Positions 61,001-64,000 of a stretch of DNA of 64,000 nt are shown one piece after another. The notes below the pieces were generated by a model. The model ran no database searches, was not told where the DNA came from, and saw nothing but the letters and a program-made list of their open reading frames with translations. Within the stretch, counting starts at the first letter, position 1. Each line of letters opens with the position of its first letter. Source of the DNA: Oopsacas minuta (taxonomy: Eukaryota; Animalia; Porifera); NCBI GenBank assembly GCA_024704765.1, contig JAKMXF010000336.1, positions 214,207-278,206 on the forward strand, given 5' to 3'. Position numbers and translations under genes: made by a program.

Positions 61001-62234
61001 CTCTACATTCTCCTGAATTGTGCAGTGAATATCCTTTTGGACAACTACAAAGGTAGCCATTTTGTGTATTATGGCATACTTCATTACTGGGACAGGTTAT
61101 AGACTTGTCAAAGCATTGATAAGATTCTGTTTGTGTACAATTTGTATACAACAGTGGATTAGTAATAGAATTTTGGAAGAAAATGCTTGGTTCAGAACAA
61201 TATCCATTTCTTATATATACCCCATATTGCGAGACAATTGACGTCCATTGTAATCTACAGTCGCAGATGAACGGGTCATTTACATATATATATATGCTAG
61301 TTTGTGATTTCAATTGCTGGAATACATATGGGTCTAGAGTATGATAATCATTGTATCGTAAGTATACATACCTTAGAGATCTTGTATTTATCAGTGCTTC
61401 AATAGGGAATCCTGGATTCTCTTCTAAATTCAGGTATGTCAGTTCAGTTAAACCTTCGAAAACATTATTTGATATGATCTTTATTCCATTATTTTGAAGA
61501 TGGAGTTGTAACATGCTTGAGAGTTCATTGAATGTACCATCCTCAATAATGCTTAATTTATTGTTTTGGAAGCTCAGATATGTTAACGAGTTCAAACCAT
61601 CCAATGCTCCTTTAGTTATGCTAGTGAAATCTGAGTTATAGAACCTTAGGTAAACCAAGTTTGATAATCCTCTAGCGATTGTATTATCAAATGTACGCGT
61701 GGACGAACCGATTATTCTAGCGTAGAGATAAGTTAGATATTGTAGATTTGTAAAAGATGGTGTTTCTTTTGTAATACAATAACCCGTGTAGATAGATTTT
61801 AGACCAGTGAAGTAATTGAAAAAGTTACCAGACTCGAGCTGGAAATGATAGTTACTGCTAAGATATATTCTCGTTAATCCAGTATTTTGACTAGATGTAG
61901 TTAAACGGATATTGTCTTGATCTCTGGAATTGTAAATGTATAGATATTGGATATTTGAGGCTAATTCTATATCAATGATTAGATTCCCGTATACTGTTGA
62001 TACGTAGTATTTGTACACATATATTGTTACAAATGCTGTGCTCTGACCACTACAGTAGCTTATCAAACTCTTGGCAACCTGAGTTTCATTATTGGTGATG
62101 TAGCACCGTAGATAGTTACTATAATAATCACAATACCCTGCTCCATTAGAGCAATCGACAGCTTCAACCACTGCATAATAATACAAATATGTCACCAAAC
62201 CTAACAGCAAACATATATTACCGAACTTCCCCAT
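58047..62234 (-). CDS. LRR-cbEGF type-I receptor, paralog 4 (1395 aa): 6 EGF modules
   Basis: Intact ORF, same architecture; modules 4 and 5 identical. Confidence 0.93.
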   Translation of the reverse strand: MGKFGNICLLLGLVTYLYYYAVVEAVDCSNGAGYCDYYSNYLRCYITNNETQVAKSLISYCSGQSTAFVTIYVYKYYVSTVYGNLIIDIELASNIQYLYIYNSRDQDNIRLTTSSQNTGLTRIYLSSNYHFQLESGNFFNYFTGLKSIYTGYCITKETPSFTNLQYLTYLYARIIGSSTRTFDNTIARGLSNLVYLRFYNSDFTSITKGALDGLNSLTYLSFQNNKLSIIEDGTFNELSSMLQLHLQNNGIKIISNNVFEGLTELTYLNLEENPGFPIEALINTRSLRYVYLRYNDYHTLDPYVFQQLKSQTSIYIYVNDPFICDCRLQWTSIVSQYGVYIRNGYCSEPSIFFQNSITNPLLYTNCTQTESYQCFDKSITCPSNEVCHNTQNGYLCSCPKGYSLHNSGECRDFDECDEETECEHTCVNTQGSYHCVCDEGYKLAANGYVCDDVNECKIGNGGCEFGCGNTIGSYQCYCEQGHRLYNETHCESDIQCDVVDSSGYQENRFTCQGGFNLTITNLTCHSITEPTIPSTEQPTSCPIGYSLHNSGECKDFNECTEVTNCSYACQNTEGSYNCICEEGYKLAINGYDCEDANECHEWNGGCEFGCRNTIGSYLCYCEYGSQLINKTHCERSIKCDVADSSNYEEYRFVCDGGFNLTITNFTCQSTTITTSTTSTAQSTIPPTFCPIGYSLHNSGECKDFDECNEATDCAYACENTEGSYLCVCDEGYTLAANGYACDDINECQEGNGGCEFGCQNIIGSYLCYCQDGHQLINKTHCESNIQCDVVDRSGDEEYRFVCHGGFNLTITNLTCHGFPNPTSPSTTESTESPTNCPIGYSLHNSGECKDVDECDEETNCEHSCENSEGSYYCLCNEGYTVSTNGYDCEDTNECKEWNGGCEFGCRNTIGSFECYCEYGHQLINETHCESNIQCDVVDRSGDEEYRFVCHGGFNLTITNLTCHGFPNPTSPSTTESTESPTNCPIGYSLHNSGECKDVDECDEETNCEHSCENSEGSYYCLCNEGYTVSTNGYDCEDTNECKEWNGGCEFGCRNTIGSFECYCEYGHQLINETHCESNIQCDVVDGSGYQENRFICQGGFSLIITNLTCHSFPDPTSHSESTESPTNCPIGYSLHNSGECKDFDECDEETNCEHSCENTEGSYLCVCDEGYKLAANGYDCDDVNECQEANGGCEFGCRNIIGSFECYCEYGHQLINETHCESNIQCDVVDSSYHENRFICQGGFNITIYNHSFPNVDILGNTTHQTSDPTSSFTQQVMSTQNQFEWYQPTVILMIISLVSNVFLIFMFIALFLYFVRKNNKMHRILKAKDTNNHRIPRVGYSNEIYNSIHGSAQPDELKKTITKESELIEKKDPNLIAEVYPGSVQDEAVRYQIN
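59008..59894. repeat. Apparently perfect 441-bp tandem duplication (one 147-aa module) in paralog 4
   Basis: 59008-59453 matches 59449-59894 with no mismatch seen; identical ORF-track peptides at 59066 and 59507 are offset by 441. Confidence 0.92.
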
Positions 62235-62679
62235 GACGAATACTGATCGAATGAAACTACCTATTGTTCAGCAAATTTGAGCAATGAGTAGGGAAAAGTA
62301 ATGATGAATTGAATATTTGATAAGAAACAAACATTTATACTCATAACCGGAGCTGATATCGATATCTTGTTATTGGCTGGCTTATTAGGATTTTAGATGA
62401 CGGAATATATCTATTTCTAGTGTAATTTTATATCATATATATCTATACTATTAAAACTCAATTAATCTGTGTGTATGTCCAGAATTGCTTGAAGTAATTG
62501 GAAAACTTCCAGTGCTGATTTTTGGCATACAGTAGGATTTTGGGTATGGCTTGGCCTAGTTCGAGGATTGGACGAAAGTTAACACCTATAACAAAATTAT
62601 GACATCGTTATATATTTATGATTGTGGATTTCGCAAAATTTATGTATTATGCATATATTACCAAAACAATATCAATGAA

Positions 62680-63535
62680 TAAATGTAAGCATCATTCCAA
62701 TCCTTCATGTTTCTATGCCATTCTGTATTGGTGCTGTTAAACAGGTTATCGTAGCATTATGGCTTACAGGTAGTACACTTACAAATCAGACCGCCTCTTG
62801 TATTCGGAGTTAAGCAAATTTGACAAAATTTATACTAGCAGTAATCGTATGTCATGTATGCATGCAGGGTCCGTGGGAATGAAATTCCCATCTCATGCAC
62901 ACAGCATTCTCATTGTGATGGGATTCCTATCACAGGATTTCCTATAGGAATTCCCATTGAAATCTGATAGGAAAATACTAAGTATTCCCCTACCCATTCC
63001 ATAGTTGCCATCCTGAGTGAAGGAAAAATTGGGGACAGAAAATATGAATTTGTGGGACATCGTGAGATGCAGCATTTGCATTAGACTGGACTACAAAAAT
63101 CGGGAGAATTTTAGAATGTTTCAGATGTAATGATGCTTTCGGTAAACAGCCCTCAGGTAAATTGTCTTATCTGTACAAAGAATATGAATGAACCCTATCA
63201 CTTCTGTTGGTATTGTCGGAGAAGGGGAAAGTTCCCCAACTGTATACAAAACTGTGGGAATTAACACTGCAAGAATGCTAAGATTATGCAGTAGAGTCTG
63301 CAATCAATAATTACCATCAAAGATAAGAATGGCAAAACAGTCAAAGTTCCTAGAATATGAGCCTGTCCTGACTCACAACTATACTTGAACATAATGGCGG
63401 TTGTAACGAGATGGCATGCGATTACTGCAAGTATAAACTTTTTTACATTTGTTTTATTTGCTTTTCTCTGACTAAAAGAGGCAGTCTAATTTGTAAGAGT
63501 ACTACCTGGAACACAAATGCTAATACCTACCAACA
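62680..63535 (+). pseudogene. RBR E3 ligase pseudogene, copy 4
   Basis: VNCLICTKNMNEPYHFCWYC...NCGN*HC...KTVKVPRI*ACPD / EHNGGCNEMACDYCKY; same MITE fragment. Confidence 0.75.
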
Positions 63536-64000
63536 TATGATATTCATTCTTCTGTTTATTTTTTAAGGTTCAATTGGGCTTAAAATGTACTGAATTATTT
63601 CCTTTTATCCATTGTTTTGGACTTTTGTCCAGTAATGTATTCTAGTTACTTACTACTTCTAGGCTATGTACGCTCACACGCTATGAATTTTATACAAACT
63701 GATGTACCGAATAATGGAATATAGCCATATACGTTTGTAGAAAGCCTGAAACGTAACCACAAATAATAAAATAATCAAGGACGCTAACTTATAATAGTTT
63801 CGCCGTAACCCTGAAACAACTGCTGGTGTAACCCAGTTTGAGAACCACTGATCTACATCGTATAAGAATACATGATGAGCTAGCTATAATATCGTATATA
63901 ATTACGCTATAAATAGATAAATTCCACCAACCAACTCAAAGATATCATATTCAAACACGTGTTATACTCTAACATATACTATACTTTATGTATTTTCTAA

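Noticed and set aside
1-64000. Species assignment (overall style reminiscent of sponge or other non-bilaterian genomes)
   Set aside because: Impression only; needs BLAST of the usherin exons to support.

Overview
AT-rich eukaryotic (metazoan, probably invertebrate; species not determinable here) genomic DNA. No CRISPR, rRNA or tRNA was seen. The centre (12.4-37.6 kb) holds a 26-exon usherin (USH2A)-like gene: LamG-like, laminin N-terminal, laminin-EGF, FN3 and two LamG domains, about 2,214 codons with consistent splice phases. It stops mid-FN3 with no further exon visible in the window, and its intron 1 carries a nested intronless bZIP gene. Both flanks contain a duplicated cassette: an intronless LRR + calcium-binding-EGF type-I membrane receptor (four copies, 580-1395 aa, minus strand), head-to-head with a dead RBR-type E3 ligase gene, followed by a plus-strand relic of a further LRR paralog. 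In unit 2 that relic continues into a multi-pass membrane domain instead of EGF repeats. The four receptors vary mainly at exposed LRR strand positions, look like recombinational mosaics, and differ in EGF stalk length (about 5, 4, <1 and 6 modules), which suggests a diversifying recognition-receptor locus (inference). Two related orphan 7-TM genes with inverted or broken paralog fragments, many MITEs and hAT-like elements, and several readable rearrangement junctions complete the window. All alignments and translations beyond the supplied ORF track were done by eye.
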